A stretch of 64,000 bases of DNA from Armatimonadota bacterium (GTDB lineage: Bacteria; Armatimonadota; SYMT01): the NCBI GenBank assembly GCA_046292385.1, contig JBKBRF010000007.1:1-64000 (forward strand), in the 5' to 3' direction. Shown in pieces: positions 8,870 through 17,657 of the stretch (position 1 is its first letter; each line of letters starts with the position of its first letter). A program made the translations under genes and the position numbers. The notes under the pieces were generated by a model. That model was not told the origin of the DNA, made no database searches, and was given only the letters and a program-made list of their open reading frames with translations.

Positions 8870-9754
8870 CTAAGGTCCGTCCTTACGCAGCGTGAGCACA
8901 AACCGACCCGGCGTTACGCCGGTGGTCTTGCGCGGCGTGTGGCAGCCGAGACTATCCTGGAACAGGAGCCCGCGTCGATGATCGCAGCCCGGCAGTTCGC
9001 CGGCGTCGAGTGCCGCCCAGACCTCGCGGTCCTTGAGCAGCAGGGCGTCGACGCGCCGCTGGCTGTAGGGAACCGTGAACACCTTGAAGGGGGCGTTGAG
9101 CAGCCCCTTCGGGTCGTCGTAGGTCTGGGGCTCTTTCCCGTAGTACTTCGGGTCGACGTCCTTGCCCCAGTACATGATCATCACGTCGGGCGGGGTCGCG
9201 AGCGGCTTGCCGCCGAGACGCTCGTGCTGGAACCACGGCTGCGTCACGAAGTGGCTGTAGAGCATCGTCTGGCCGAGGTGCTCGTCCTTCGGCTGGACCA
9301 GCTTCTTGAACGCCGAGTCCTTGATCTCAGCCTTCAGGATCTCGCCGCTGTCCGGGTGCTCGTCCAGGATGAAGCGGTCTCGCGCCGTGATCGACTTCAC
9401 GTCGACGATGTAGCGCTTCCCCTGCGGGTCGTCGTCGTCCGTCACCTCGTAGGTCTCGAAGACCTCCCCGGTGCTCTTCACCCGGACCTTCTTGCGGCGC
9501 AGCGGCCGCGAGAGGCCGTTCAGCGTGCCGCGCAGGCGGTGCTCGTCGCTCTTGAGCGCGACCTCGAACAACCCGTTGAAGCCGAAGTGGCCGTGCTCGT
9601 CGATCGTGGGCTCCCCGTCGATCCACCCGAGGGCGCCGGTATTGCGGAACCCGGCGAGCGGTAGTCCGCGGCGGCGCCAGGAGAGAGAGATTCCCGCGGC
9701 TTCCAGGTGCTGGATTCTCTCGCTCCCGACGTGTCCCGCATCATAACCGGTCAC
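8870..9754 (-). pseudogene. Phage-type Cas4-like PD-(D/E)XK nuclease, probably degraded
   Basis: RGTLNGL (motif II, Asn where Asp is expected), YIVDVKS, HLGQTMLY; strong GC3 only from ~9000 to ~9650; ends look non-native. Confidence 0.5.
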
Positions 9755-9840
9755 CGTCGTGCAGGCCTACTGGACCTTAGGGGCCCTCTTATTGGTGACA
9801 CTCGCCCGGTCCGGCGGGCCTGTCGCCCGCGCTCGCGCCA

Positions 9841-10047
9841 GTCTAAGACTTCGTATCTCTTCGGAGGTAACTCAGGTTCTTTAGCTAGTACCGCTCCCTA
9901 CGAAGTCTTTCGCTCTATCCCTTCGGGTACTAGAGTTCTACCCAGTAATAGAGGGTGCAGATTGTGCTCCCGCCGGACCCCAACCCATTCGGAGCCGGAA
10001 GCCCCGGGTTAAGCAGGGGAGCTAGGGGTCGGTGGAAGCCGCACCTT
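9841..10047. other. AT-richer structured non-coding block with CTTCGG hairpin loops
   Basis: Perfect 11-bp IR 9845-9855/9899-9909; CTC-TTCG-GAG 9857-9866; CC-TTCG-GG ~9920-9927; IR 9913-9918/9948-9953. Confidence 0.5.
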
Positions 10048-10063
10048 TATGATTGGACGGAGC

Positions 10064-10330
10064 TCAACCGAACCTTACGGTGATTTCTGCGGCGATCGCG
10101 ATCGTCGGGGTGCTCCACGTGAGCGGCAGCACGTACTGCGCTACCAGGAAGCCGGTCTGCTCGTTGTCGATCCCGACGTAGCCGCCGAACTAGAACCCCG
10201 GAGGCGCGGTCCGGGTACTTCCGCCCGAAGTCGTCGGCCAGCTCCAGGAAACCGGTCACGCGCCCGAAGTCCGACTCGTCGACCACGCTGGACAGCTTGA
10301 GGAACAGGGGGTCGATCCCATGAACTGGTG
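10064..10330 (-). pseudogene. Gene remnant with a frameshift and an in-frame stop
   Basis: GC3-biased frame DPLFLKLSSVVDESDFGRVTGFLELADDFGRKYPDRAS shifts near 10196-10201 to GF*FGGYVGIDNEQTGFLVAQYVLPLTWSTPTIAIAAEITVRFG*; TAG at 10190-10192. Confidence 0.5.
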
Positions 10331-10616
10331 GCTTGCCTCGCCCTAACCGATCACCTGCAGCGTGATCGCCCCTGACCGCGTGACCTCGACGAGAGAAGCT
10401 CCACCGGTCCGATCTCCAGGCGCCCGCTGGAGCCGGCCAAGCCACCCCGCACCCGAGTTCACCGCCCCAACGACGGGGGCCTCTGGGTCACCGACACCGC
10501 GAGTGTCACCCATGCGTCGGACCCCTAAGGTCCAGGTAGGAACACCCCTCCGCGCCGTGCTACGATCCGGACCACAGAGGCGGGTGAGTAGTGAGCCCGC
10601 CGCGGAGATCATCACG

Positions 10617-11795
10617 ATGGACCTGATCAAGCTCGAAGGGGAGTTCCTTCGGCACCTCGCCGCGCGACAGAAGTGTAGCGCGGCCACCGTCAAGACGTAT
10701 CGTTCGGCCTTCCGACAGGCCTGGCGCTGCACCCAGATGATGGGCGTGGAACTGGACACCGAGGCACTCGACTACACCTGGGCCGACCTGCTGGTCGACT
10801 GGTGGTGCGGAGAGCAGAAGCTCGGCCCGCGAACGGTGCATCGGAACGTCACCGCCCTGCGCTCCATGTTCGCGTTCGCCCGGAAGCGGCGCTGGACCGA
10901 GCGCGACCCGTTCGCCCACCTCGACCTCCCTGACAAAGGTGCGGTCGAGCGGGTCCACCTCACCACCGACGACCAGAACGCGCTGGTGCGGGCCGCCGCC
11001 CATCTTCCCGATCCGCGCTTCGCGGCCATGGCCAGGGCCCTAGTCCTGACGCAGCTCACCGTGGGGACCCGGGTGAGCGAACTCCTCGACCTGAAAGTCA
11101 GCGACCTCGATCTCTGTCAGCAGGTGGTTCACATTAACCACGGCAAGGGAGACCAGGAGCGCGAGGTCGTGCTAGACGACCGGGCCACGGCGGCACTGGA
11201 GGTCTGGCTGCAGGTACGTCGGCAGTGGCTCGACACGCGGCAGGAGTCCGGACGCTTCCGGGGTGGGGAGCCGGAGGCGGTTTGGTTAGCGGATCGGGGG
11301 CGCCGCCTCTCCTCCCAGGGCGTCTACGCGCTCCTGGATGAGCTCACCGCCGGCACGCCCCTGGCCGGAAAGGTCCGCATCCATGACCTGCGCCACGCGA
11401 CCGCAAAGCGCTGGTTCCGGGATGGCGTGCCGCTGGAGCAGATCCAGCAGCGGCTGGGGCACTCCAGCCGAAGCACCACGGAGCAGTACATCCGGGGCGC
11501 GAGCCCGAACACCCGCCTCTGGGCCGAACGCTGCGGACTTCCGGAAACCGCCGCCCGCGGAGACAGCCCACACGCTCTCGGAGCGCCCGCCGCCGGTGAT
11601 CGCCCTCCGGTGCCGACCCCCGCTCCGAAGAACTCCGAACTCCCGCGACCGGGCCGATCGTTCCGCCCGCAACACCCGCTCGTGGCGCAGCACCTGCAGA
11701 ACCTGCGGGAGCGGATGCTCGCGCACGCGACCGGGGCTCACCCCCTCCCCTTCCAGCCACCGCTCTTCCCGGGGCTTCGGCCGCACCGCCGGTAG
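10617..11795 (+). CDS. Tyrosine recombinase/integrase (XerC-like) with a Pro-rich C-terminal tail
   Basis: SAATVKTY core-binding region; catalytic set GTRVSEL, GKGD, HDLRH, LGH, TTEQY; ATG 10617 preferred over 10362. Confidence 0.92.
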   Translation: MDLIKLEGEFLRHLAARQKCSAATVKTYRSAFRQAWRCTQMMGVELDTEALDYTWADLLVDWWCGEQKLGPRTVHRNVTALRSMFAFARKRRWTERDPFAHLDLPDKGAVERVHLTTDDQNALVRAAAHLPDPRFAAMARALVLTQLTVGTRVSELLDLKVSDLDLCQQVVHINHGKGDQEREVVLDDRATAALEVWLQVRRQWLDTRQESGRFRGGEPEAVWLADRGRRLSSQGVYALLDELTAGTPLAGKVRIHDLRHATAKRWFRDGVPLEQIQQRLGHSSRSTTEQYIRGASPNTRLWAERCGLPETAARGDSPHALGAPAAGDRPPVPTPAPKNSELPRPGRSFRPQHPLVAQHLQNLRERMLAHATGAHPLPFQPPLFPGLRPHRR

Positions 11796-11823
11796 GGACG
11801 GTACGCGCCGGACTATCCGGGCT

Positions 11824-11859
11824 CTCGACCCGCTCGCGCCACTCCGCTGGCGGGTCGAG
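11824..11859 (+). terminator. Hairpin downstream of the integrase
   Basis: Perfect 10-bp IR CTCGACCCGC/GCGGGTCGAG; no U-tract. Confidence 0.35.
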
Positions 11860-11951
11860 CCCGGCCCGTGCCGCGAACCGAGACTCGAGCCCGCTGAGTC
11901 ATGGTGAGAATCGCCTGGCTCCGCTGGACTCTACACGTGAAGAAGACCCGA

Positions 11952-11980
11952 TTGACAGGCCTCAGGGGATCGGCTAGACT
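11952..11980 (+). promoter_or_regulatory. Sigma70 promoter of tRNA-Gly
   Basis: TTGACA, 17 nt spacer, TAGACT, about 90 nt upstream of the tRNA. Confidence 0.8.
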
Positions 11981-12069
11981 ACCGATGGCTCAGGTCCACC
12001 GGAGACAGACGGGCGAGTCCAGAATCTAGGGTTCAACTCGTAGGCACACCGGACCGGAGATTCTGCCAC

Positions 12070-12141
12070 GCGGGAGTAGTTCAGTGGTAGAACGTCAGCT
12101 TCCCAAGCTGAATGTCGTGGGTTCGAGTCCCATCTCCCGCT
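12070..12141 (+). tRNA. tRNA-Gly(CCC), CCA not encoded
   Basis: Acceptor GCGGGAG/CTCCCGC, D-loop AGTGGTA, anticodon loop TTCCCAA, T-arm GGTTCGAGTCC. Confidence 0.97.
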
Positions 12142-12145
12142 TCAC

Positions 12146-12162
12146 CCCCTGACTTTCAGGGG
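12146..12162 (+). terminator. Hairpin after the tRNA; second IR at 12184-12205
   Basis: CCCCTGA-CTT-TCAGGGG; then CAGGTTC-N8-GAACCTG. Confidence 0.45.
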
Positions 12163-12311
12163 TAGAGTCTAAAACCACACCTCCAGGTTCGGTAGGTAGA
12201 ACCTGAAATCGACCCTCGTTCTCACGGGCTGCGGCCCAGTGAGCGGCGAGGGTTTTTCTACGCTCCTGGCCGTGCCGACGCAGCGGCGAGCTCGACGACC
12301 GCCGTGGTCTC

Positions 12312-13175
12312 TCAGGCTCGGGCGCGCATCCAGTCCAGAATCTCCTGGAAGATCCGTTCCCGCTCCCGTTCCCGCAGCAGCTCGTGGAGGAGCCCGGGGT
12401 AGCTGCGGTAGGTCTTGTCCCGGGAGCCGGCCGCCTCGTACAGCTCTCGCGCGGCGGCGGGGTCCGCCACCGGGTCGTCCTCGCCCATCAGGACCAGCAG
12501 CGGCTGCCGCAGGTCTCCCGCGTGACGCAGGGTCTCCTCCTGCGCGCGCACGCAGCCGAGATACCAGCGCGGGGTGGCGATCGGCAGAATGTACGGGTCG
12601 TGGCCCGACTCGGAGCGCATCTCGTCGTCCGAAGACATCCAGTCGCCCTTGAGGCCGGTCGGGATCGGCAGCCACGGCAGGAGCGGATCGACCACCCGCG
12701 CCAGCCAGGTCTTGTACGCCGGCACCTGGAACCGGGTGCGCAGGTACGGGGCGCAGAGGATGCAGCCGGCCATTTCGGAGAGGCCGTGCTCCAGCGCGTC
12801 GGCCAGCACCAGCCCGCCATGGCTGTGCCCCAGGAGAAAGAGCGGCGTGTCGCCGCGGTCCTCCGCGCGAAGGCCCTCGCACCGGAGCAGCGCCTCCACG
12901 TCCTCCCGGTAGTCATGCCAGTCCCGCACGAAGCCGCGGCGGCCGGACGAGCGGCCCTGGCCGCGGAAGTCGAGCGCGTGACCTTCCACGCCGCGCTCCG
13001 CCAGCCACCGGAGGACGTGCCGATGCCGGCCGGAGTGCTCGCCGTAGCCGTGGAGCAGCGCCAGGTGCGCCCACGGCGCGGCGGGGCGGACGCGGATCCG
13101 GTGGAGCGACTGCTCCCCGCAGCGGATCGTCTCCTCGGACTCGCTAATGCGGGAGGGAGAAAGCACGGCGCTCAT
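12312..13175 (-). CDS. Alpha/beta hydrolase (lysophospholipase/monoacylglycerol lipase family)
   Basis: LLHGYGEHSGR, DFRGQGRS, GHSHGG, LHELLRE; ATGA overlap with the upstream gene. Confidence 0.88.
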   Translation of the reverse strand: MSAVLSPSRISESEETIRCGEQSLHRIRVRPAAPWAHLALLHGYGEHSGRHRHVLRWLAERGVEGHALDFRGQGRSSGRRGFVRDWHDYREDVEALLRCEGLRAEDRGDTPLFLLGHSHGGLVLADALEHGLSEMAGCILCAPYLRTRFQVPAYKTWLARVVDPLLPWLPIPTGLKGDWMSSDDEMRSESGHDPYILPIATPRWYLGCVRAQEETLRHAGDLRQPLLVLMGEDDPVADPAAARELYEAAGSRDKTYRSYPGLLHELLRERERERIFQEILDWMRARA

Positions 13176-13987
13176 GGCGCCGTGATCAGCTCGACGATGG
13201 ATTGTCCCTTCCCCGTCTTCCAGACCCCGCAACGCCCGCCTCCCTGGCTGAACCCGAGCTCCGCCGCGGTGCCGTCCATCCGCAGCACCGGATGGTAGAA
13301 CTCCGATACCTGCTCCGACTCACCGGTGACGTAATGCCCAATCAGGGCGCGGCGGAAACGGTCGGCGCTCCGGTTGGGGTAGCTGCCGTGGATCAGGGAG
13401 CCGTGGAAGAAGAGGACGTCTCCCGGCTGCATCAGTATGGGAGCCACCTCGGTTCCCTCCGGCACGTGCACCGTCACGTCGGTGAAGCTCACCGTGGTGT
13501 CGGCGCGCTGGGTGCAGAGCAGCGGCAGCGTGTGGCTGCCGGGGACCACCTGCAGGCAGCCGTTCTCCTCGTCGCACGGATCGAGCGCCAGCCACGCCGC
13601 CATACAGGTGCCGGGGCGCGCGCGGAGGTACGCCTGGTCCTGGTGCAGCGCCTGCCCGCGGGCGCCGGGCGGCTTGAAGTAGAGCATCGTCTGCACCGCC
13701 AGCGGCTCCCGCCCCAGCAGCGCCGTCATCCACCGGGCCAGCCGCGCGTCGAGCAGCCACCGCAGGCTTGTCTCGTCCCAACGGTGCATGTGGATCAGGC
13801 GCGGGTACCGCCGCAGCGGGTCGCTCGCGTCGGGATTGACCCCGGAGAAGTCGCCGGGGTAGGCCCCCGCCTCCCGCAGCGCCATGTAGTGCTCCGCCAG
13901 GCTCCGCACCTCTGCGGGGGAGAACAGGCTTCTCGCCACGGCGTAACCGTGACGCTGGTACTGCTCCAGATCGGTCTGGCTCGGCAT
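13172..13987 (-). CDS. Phytanoyl-CoA dioxygenase (PhyH) family protein
   Basis: KPPG..LHQD, WLALD..ENGCLQVVPGSH, HGSYPN..R. Confidence 0.9.
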   Translation of the reverse strand: MPSQTDLEQYQRHGYAVARSLFSPAEVRSLAEHYMALREAGAYPGDFSGVNPDASDPLRRYPRLIHMHRWDETSLRWLLDARLARWMTALLGREPLAVQTMLYFKPPGARGQALHQDQAYLRARPGTCMAAWLALDPCDEENGCLQVVPGSHTLPLLCTQRADTTVSFTDVTVHVPEGTEVAPILMQPGDVLFFHGSLIHGSYPNRSADRFRRALIGHYVTGESEQVSEFYHPVLRMDGTAAELGFSQGGGRCGVWKTGKGQSIVELITAP

Positions 13988-14080
13988 GACGCTCCATCCC
14001 CGCGGTAATCCCACTCCTTATTCTTAATTCTTACCGTAAGTACGCCGGGGCACCGCCTATACTACGTGCAGACCCAACCA

Positions 14081-14317
14081 ATGGCCGGACGCCGTCGTTC
14101 GGCCGAGATAGCGAGACTGCCCGTGCGCTGTGACGTCTGCGGCCGACGACTTCCGCTGCGGGACCTCCTGCGTCAGCTAGTAATGGACGCGCGCCCCACC
14201 TATCCGATCCGGGACCTGACGGGCGAACGCCGGGAGCAGCGGGTACGTTGGCTCTGTCCGGCGTGCGCGCGCCGCGCCGAGCGGCACCGGGCGGAGCAGC
14301 CGGATCCGCAGCCTTGA
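14081..14317 (+). CDS. Small hypothetical protein with two CxxC pairs (possible Zn ribbon)
   Basis: CDVC and CPAC; fills an otherwise empty gap. Confidence 0.45.
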   Translation: MAGRRRSAEIARLPVRCDVCGRRLPLRDLLRQLVMDARPTYPIRDLTGERREQRVRWLCPACARRAERHRAEQPDPQP

Positions 14318-14424
14318 GGCGTGCGGGCTCCCCGCGCCGCGCCCCTGTCTCGCCGAGGCGCCGTGATAAGCTTTCCAGGCCCCGGCGGCCCTTGAAGGGC
14401 TGTTTGGACCCACGGAAACCACTT

Positions 14425-14583
14425 CGTAGTGCGTATCGCGTATTGCGTAGCGAGCCGCCTGCACCGCTCTACATCGCGTCGTGCCGGGCGATTCGCTGCA
14501 GAGACGCTCCGCTCGGCACGACGTTCTGGTGCAGCGGGATAAGCGCCTCGTTACGCAATACGCGATGCGGAATACGCAATACG
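14425..14583. repeat. Miniature palindromic element, CGTATTG family, copy 1
   Basis: (CGTATTG)n-like left arm and (CAATACG)n-like right arm; interior resembles 35326-35499. Confidence 0.75.
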
Positions 14584-14611
14584 CCACCCTCGCCGCCACG
14601 GAATAGACACT

Positions 14612-15787
14612 ATGGTAAAGCCCGCCTCCCGGCTGGGAAAGATTCCCCCTTACCTCTTCGGCGAGATCGCTCGCCTCAAGGCCCAGGCGATCGCCGAGGG
14701 ACGCGACCTGGTCGATCTCGGCATCGGCGACCCGGACCAGCCGACCCCGCAGCCGATCATCGACGCGCTCTGCCGGTCGGTCACCGACCCGGAGACGCAC
14801 CGCTACGACGAGACCCCGGCCGGCTGGGTGCCGTTCCTGGAGGCAGTCGCCGCGTGGTACCGCCGCCGCTTCGACGTGGAGATCGACCCCAAGAAGGAAG
14901 CGCTGCTCCTGATCGGCTCCAAAGAAGGCCTGGCGCACCTGGCGTGGGCCTACATCGAGCAGGGGGACCTCTCCCTCGTGCCGGACCCCGGCTACACCGT
15001 CTACAAGGTGAACACGCTGATGGCGGGCGGCGACGTCTACGAGATGCCGCTGCTGCGGGAGAACGGCTTCCTGCCGGACCTGACCCAGATCCCGACCGAC
15101 GCGGCGAAGCGCGCGAAGCTGCTCTTCCTGAATTACCCGAACAACCCCACCGGCGCCGTCGCCCCGCTCTCGTTCTTCAACGACGTGGTCCGCTTCGCGA
15201 AGGAGCACGACCTCATCGTGGCGCACGACTGCGCCTACAGCGAGGTCTACTACGACGACTACCGGCCGCCGAGCTTCCTCCAGGCGGAGGGCGCGAAGGA
15301 GGTCGGCATCGAGCTCCACAGCCTTTCCAAGACGTTCAACATGACCGGCTGGCGCCTCGGCTACGCGGTCGGCAACCCGGAGGTGATCGGCGTGCTCAAC
15401 AAGATGAAGAGCAACGTCGACAGCAAGCAGTTCCCGGCGGTCGACCTGGCCGGCGCCTACGCGCTGGAGCACCCGGAGCTGAGCCGGGAGACGCTGGCGC
15501 TCTACCAGCGGCGTCGCGACGTGCTGGTCGCCGGCCTGAAGCGGATCGGCTTCGACATCGAAGCGCCCCAGGCTTCGTTCTACATCTGGCTCCCGGTGCC
15601 GAGCGGCATGACCTCCGTGGAGTTCGCCAAGCTCTGCCTGGAGAAGGCGGGCGTGCTCGTGATCCCCGGCAACGGCTACGGCGCGCACGGCGAAGGCTAC
15701 GTCCGGATGTCGCTCACCGTCAACGGAGACCAGAACGGCGAGCGGATGGAAGAAGCAGTCCGCCGGCTGGAAGCGCTTGGGGTCTAG
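14612..15787 (+). CDS. dapL: LL-diaminopimelate aminotransferase
   Basis: PPYLFGEI, DLGIGDPD, IGSKEGLAH, NYPNNPTG, SLSKTFNMTGWRLG, KSNVDS. Confidence 0.85.
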   Translation: MVKPASRLGKIPPYLFGEIARLKAQAIAEGRDLVDLGIGDPDQPTPQPIIDALCRSVTDPETHRYDETPAGWVPFLEAVAAWYRRRFDVEIDPKKEALLLIGSKEGLAHLAWAYIEQGDLSLVPDPGYTVYKVNTLMAGGDVYEMPLLRENGFLPDLTQIPTDAAKRAKLLFLNYPNNPTGAVAPLSFFNDVVRFAKEHDLIVAHDCAYSEVYYDDYRPPSFLQAEGAKEVGIELHSLSKTFNMTGWRLGYAVGNPEVIGVLNKMKSNVDSKQFPAVDLAGAYALEHPELSRETLALYQRRRDVLVAGLKRIGFDIEAPQASFYIWLPVPSGMTSVEFAKLCLEKAGVLVIPGNGYGAHGEGYVRMSLTVNGDQNGERMEEAVRRLEALGV

Positions 15788-16005
15788 GGTCTAGGGTCCA
15801 GGGTGTAGGGTCGGTGGGGGCAGGGTGCGCCTTTCGTGAGCCACTACCTCTGTTCTGCGCGTGACCGAGCCTTACACGCGCGTTAGCCCTGGGCGGAAGA
15901 GGGGCGATCGGTGACCCCATCGCCCGATACGTGCACGGAGCTGCCCGAATGGCGAACCCGCCCCCGCAAGCTCTAGACCCTAAACCCTATCCCCTAAACC
16001 CTGGA
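15783..16005. repeat. TAGGGTC/TAAACCC heptamer inverted-repeat element
   Basis: TAGGGTC-like tandem on the left, complementary ACCCTAA-like tandem on the right. Confidence 0.65.
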
Positions 16006-16010
16006 ACGAA

Positions 16011-16625
16011 GTGACCGACCTGATCCTCGACCACGTCTCCAAGCGCTTCGGCGCGCGGACGGTGCTGCGGAACGTGTGCGCGGAGGTGCGCGCGGGGGAA
16101 GCGCTCGTCGTGACGGGGCACAACGGCTCCGGCAAGTCGACCCTCCTCACGATCATCGCGGGCCTGCTGGGAGCGGATGGAGGCGCGGTGCGGGTGCGGG
16201 AAGAGGGGCGGGAGCTGGAGCCGGAGGAGCTGCGGCACAGGGTCAGCCTGGTGGCGCCGGACCTCACCCTCTACCCGGAGCTGACCGCCCTGGAGAACCT
16301 GGAGTTCTTCGCCCGGGTGCGCGGTCTGCCGTGGAGCCGCGCGGGCGGAGAGGCGCTGCTGGAGCGCGTGGGGCTGGCCGGACGCGGCCCGGACCTGAGC
16401 GGGACCTTCTCCTCCGGCATGCGGGTGCGGCTGAAGTACGCCGTGGCGCTCCAGAGCGACCCGAGCGTGCTGCTGCTCGACGAGCCGACCGCCATGCTCG
16501 ACGTCGGCGGCGCGCGGATCGTGGAAGAGATCATCGCGGAGCAGCGGAAGCGAGGCCTGCTGGTGCTCGCCACCAACGACCCGGACGAGACGCGCCACGG
16601 CGACCTCTTCCTGCACCTGGGGTGA
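16011..16625 (+). CDS. ccmA: Heme exporter ATP-binding protein
   Basis: GHNGSGKST, FSSGM, LLLDEP; first gene of the ccm cluster. Confidence 0.85.
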   Translation: MTDLILDHVSKRFGARTVLRNVCAEVRAGEALVVTGHNGSGKSTLLTIIAGLLGADGGAVRVREEGRELEPEELRHRVSLVAPDLTLYPELTALENLEFFARVRGLPWSRAGGEALLERVGLAGRGPDLSGTFSSGMRVRLKYAVALQSDPSVLLLDEPTAMLDVGGARIVEEIIAEQRKRGLLVLATNDPDETRHGDLFLHLG

Positions 16626-16630
16626 TCTTC

Positions 16631-16705
16631 AGGGCGGAGTGCAGAGGACGGAGTGCGGAATTCAGACCCCTCGTACGAGAGGTTCGGTCCTCTGCACTCC
16701 GCCCT
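16631..16705. repeat. GAGTGC-family palindromic element between ccmA and ccmB
   Basis: Perfect 19-bp IR 16631-16649/16687-16705; followed by a CCCCTTCC..GGAAGGGG REP-like hairpin at ~16757-16780. Confidence 0.7.
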
Positions 16706-16819
16706 CGTCCCTCTGTCCTCAGGTGAGGGGAGCTATTGGTGTTGTGCCTGCCTGCTCCCCCTTCCACTTCAGGGAAGGGGGCTGGGGGGTTAGGCCGCGT
16801 GAGAAGGGCGTAACTTCCC

Positions 16820-17605
16820 GTGGAACACGGCAGCGGAGCGAGCACCGCGCAAAACTGGTGGAGCGAAGTGCGGGCGGTCTTTACCAAAGACCTCCGCTCC
16901 GAGCTCCGGACGCGCGCGGCGGTCGCCACGATCCTGCTCTTCGCCGTCGTCACGCTGATCGTCATCAGCCTGATGGTACCCACGGAGGGCCGCGGGCTCA
17001 CGCACGAGCTGGTGCCGGACTACCGGGAGCTCCTCCGCCGGGACCCGAACGCCGAGCTCTTCCGGATGACGCTCAACGAGACGGTGGTCCGGGCCTATCT
17101 TCTCTCGGCGCTGCTCTGGGTGGTGCTCTTCTTCAGCGCGATGGCGGGCCTCCCCCGGACCTTCGTGAAGGAAGAGGAGATGCGGACCGCCGGCGCGCTG
17201 CGCCTCTACGCGCGGCCGAGCGCGGTCTTCGCCGGGAAGCTCGCCTTCAACTGCGTCCTCAGCCTGGTCGTCGTGCTGGTCGTCCTGCCGCTCTTCCTGG
17301 TTCTCTTCCGGCCCCGCGTGGTAGACTGGGGCCTCTTCCTGGCCCACCTCCCCCTCGGGGCGCTGGGCATGGCGGGGAGTGCGACGATCCTGGGCGCGAT
17401 CGTGGCCCGGGCCGGCGGCAAGAGCTACCTGATGCTGCCGCTGGCGTTCCCGGTGCTGCTGCCGGTGCTCGCCTTCGCGATCGATGGCACCGCCGCCGCG
17501 GTCCTGGGAAAAGAGGGCAACCGGATCATCGCCCTCGTGTCCTATCTGGTGGCGATGACTACCGTCTCTGCGCTTCTCTTTGAGCGGGTGTGGAGTGATA
17601 GTTGA
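16820..17605 (+). CDS. ccmB: Heme exporter permease
   Basis: KDLRSELRTR, LLWV..FFSAM, FVKEEE, LAFPVLLPVL; multiple TM helices. Confidence 0.88.
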   Translation: MEHGSGASTAQNWWSEVRAVFTKDLRSELRTRAAVATILLFAVVTLIVISLMVPTEGRGLTHELVPDYRELLRRDPNAELFRMTLNETVVRAYLLSALLWVVLFFSAMAGLPRTFVKEEEMRTAGALRLYARPSAVFAGKLAFNCVLSLVVVLVVLPLFLVLFRPRVVDWGLFLAHLPLGALGMAGSATILGAIVARAGGKSYLMLPLAFPVLLPVLAFAIDGTAAAVLGKEGNRIIALVSYLVAMTTVSALLFERVWSDS

Positions 17606-17657
17606 AGCGTCCCGTTTTCCGGAACTTGGCGCCTCGCCGTGCGTAAACTGAGTACGA

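Larger units (their letters stand above)
1..11900. mobile_element. Putative integrative element or genomic island; left end lies outside the window, right end approximate
   Basis: Tyrosine integrase next to a tRNA gene; XRE, ParB, TV-Pol-like polymerase, nuclease-helicase and pseudogenes; long non-coding gaps; visibly more A/T-ending codons and CTAG sites than in core genes after 12300. No att duplication found in the window. Confidence 0.75.

Noticed and set aside
8087..9664. 525-aa plus-strand ORF
   Set aside because: Off-frame over parB and antisense to the nuclease remnant; Arg/Pro-rich with no motifs.
10362..10616. N-terminal extension of the integrase ORF
   Set aside because: Low-complexity; the recombinase fold begins near ATG 10617.
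12026..12050. Second tRNA or att fragment (GGTTCAACTC)
   Set aside because: The T-stem does not pair and there is no acceptor or anticodon arm.
15975..16005. Plant telomere-like TAAACCC units
   Set aside because: Only a few degenerate copies forming one arm of an intergenic palindrome; coincidental.
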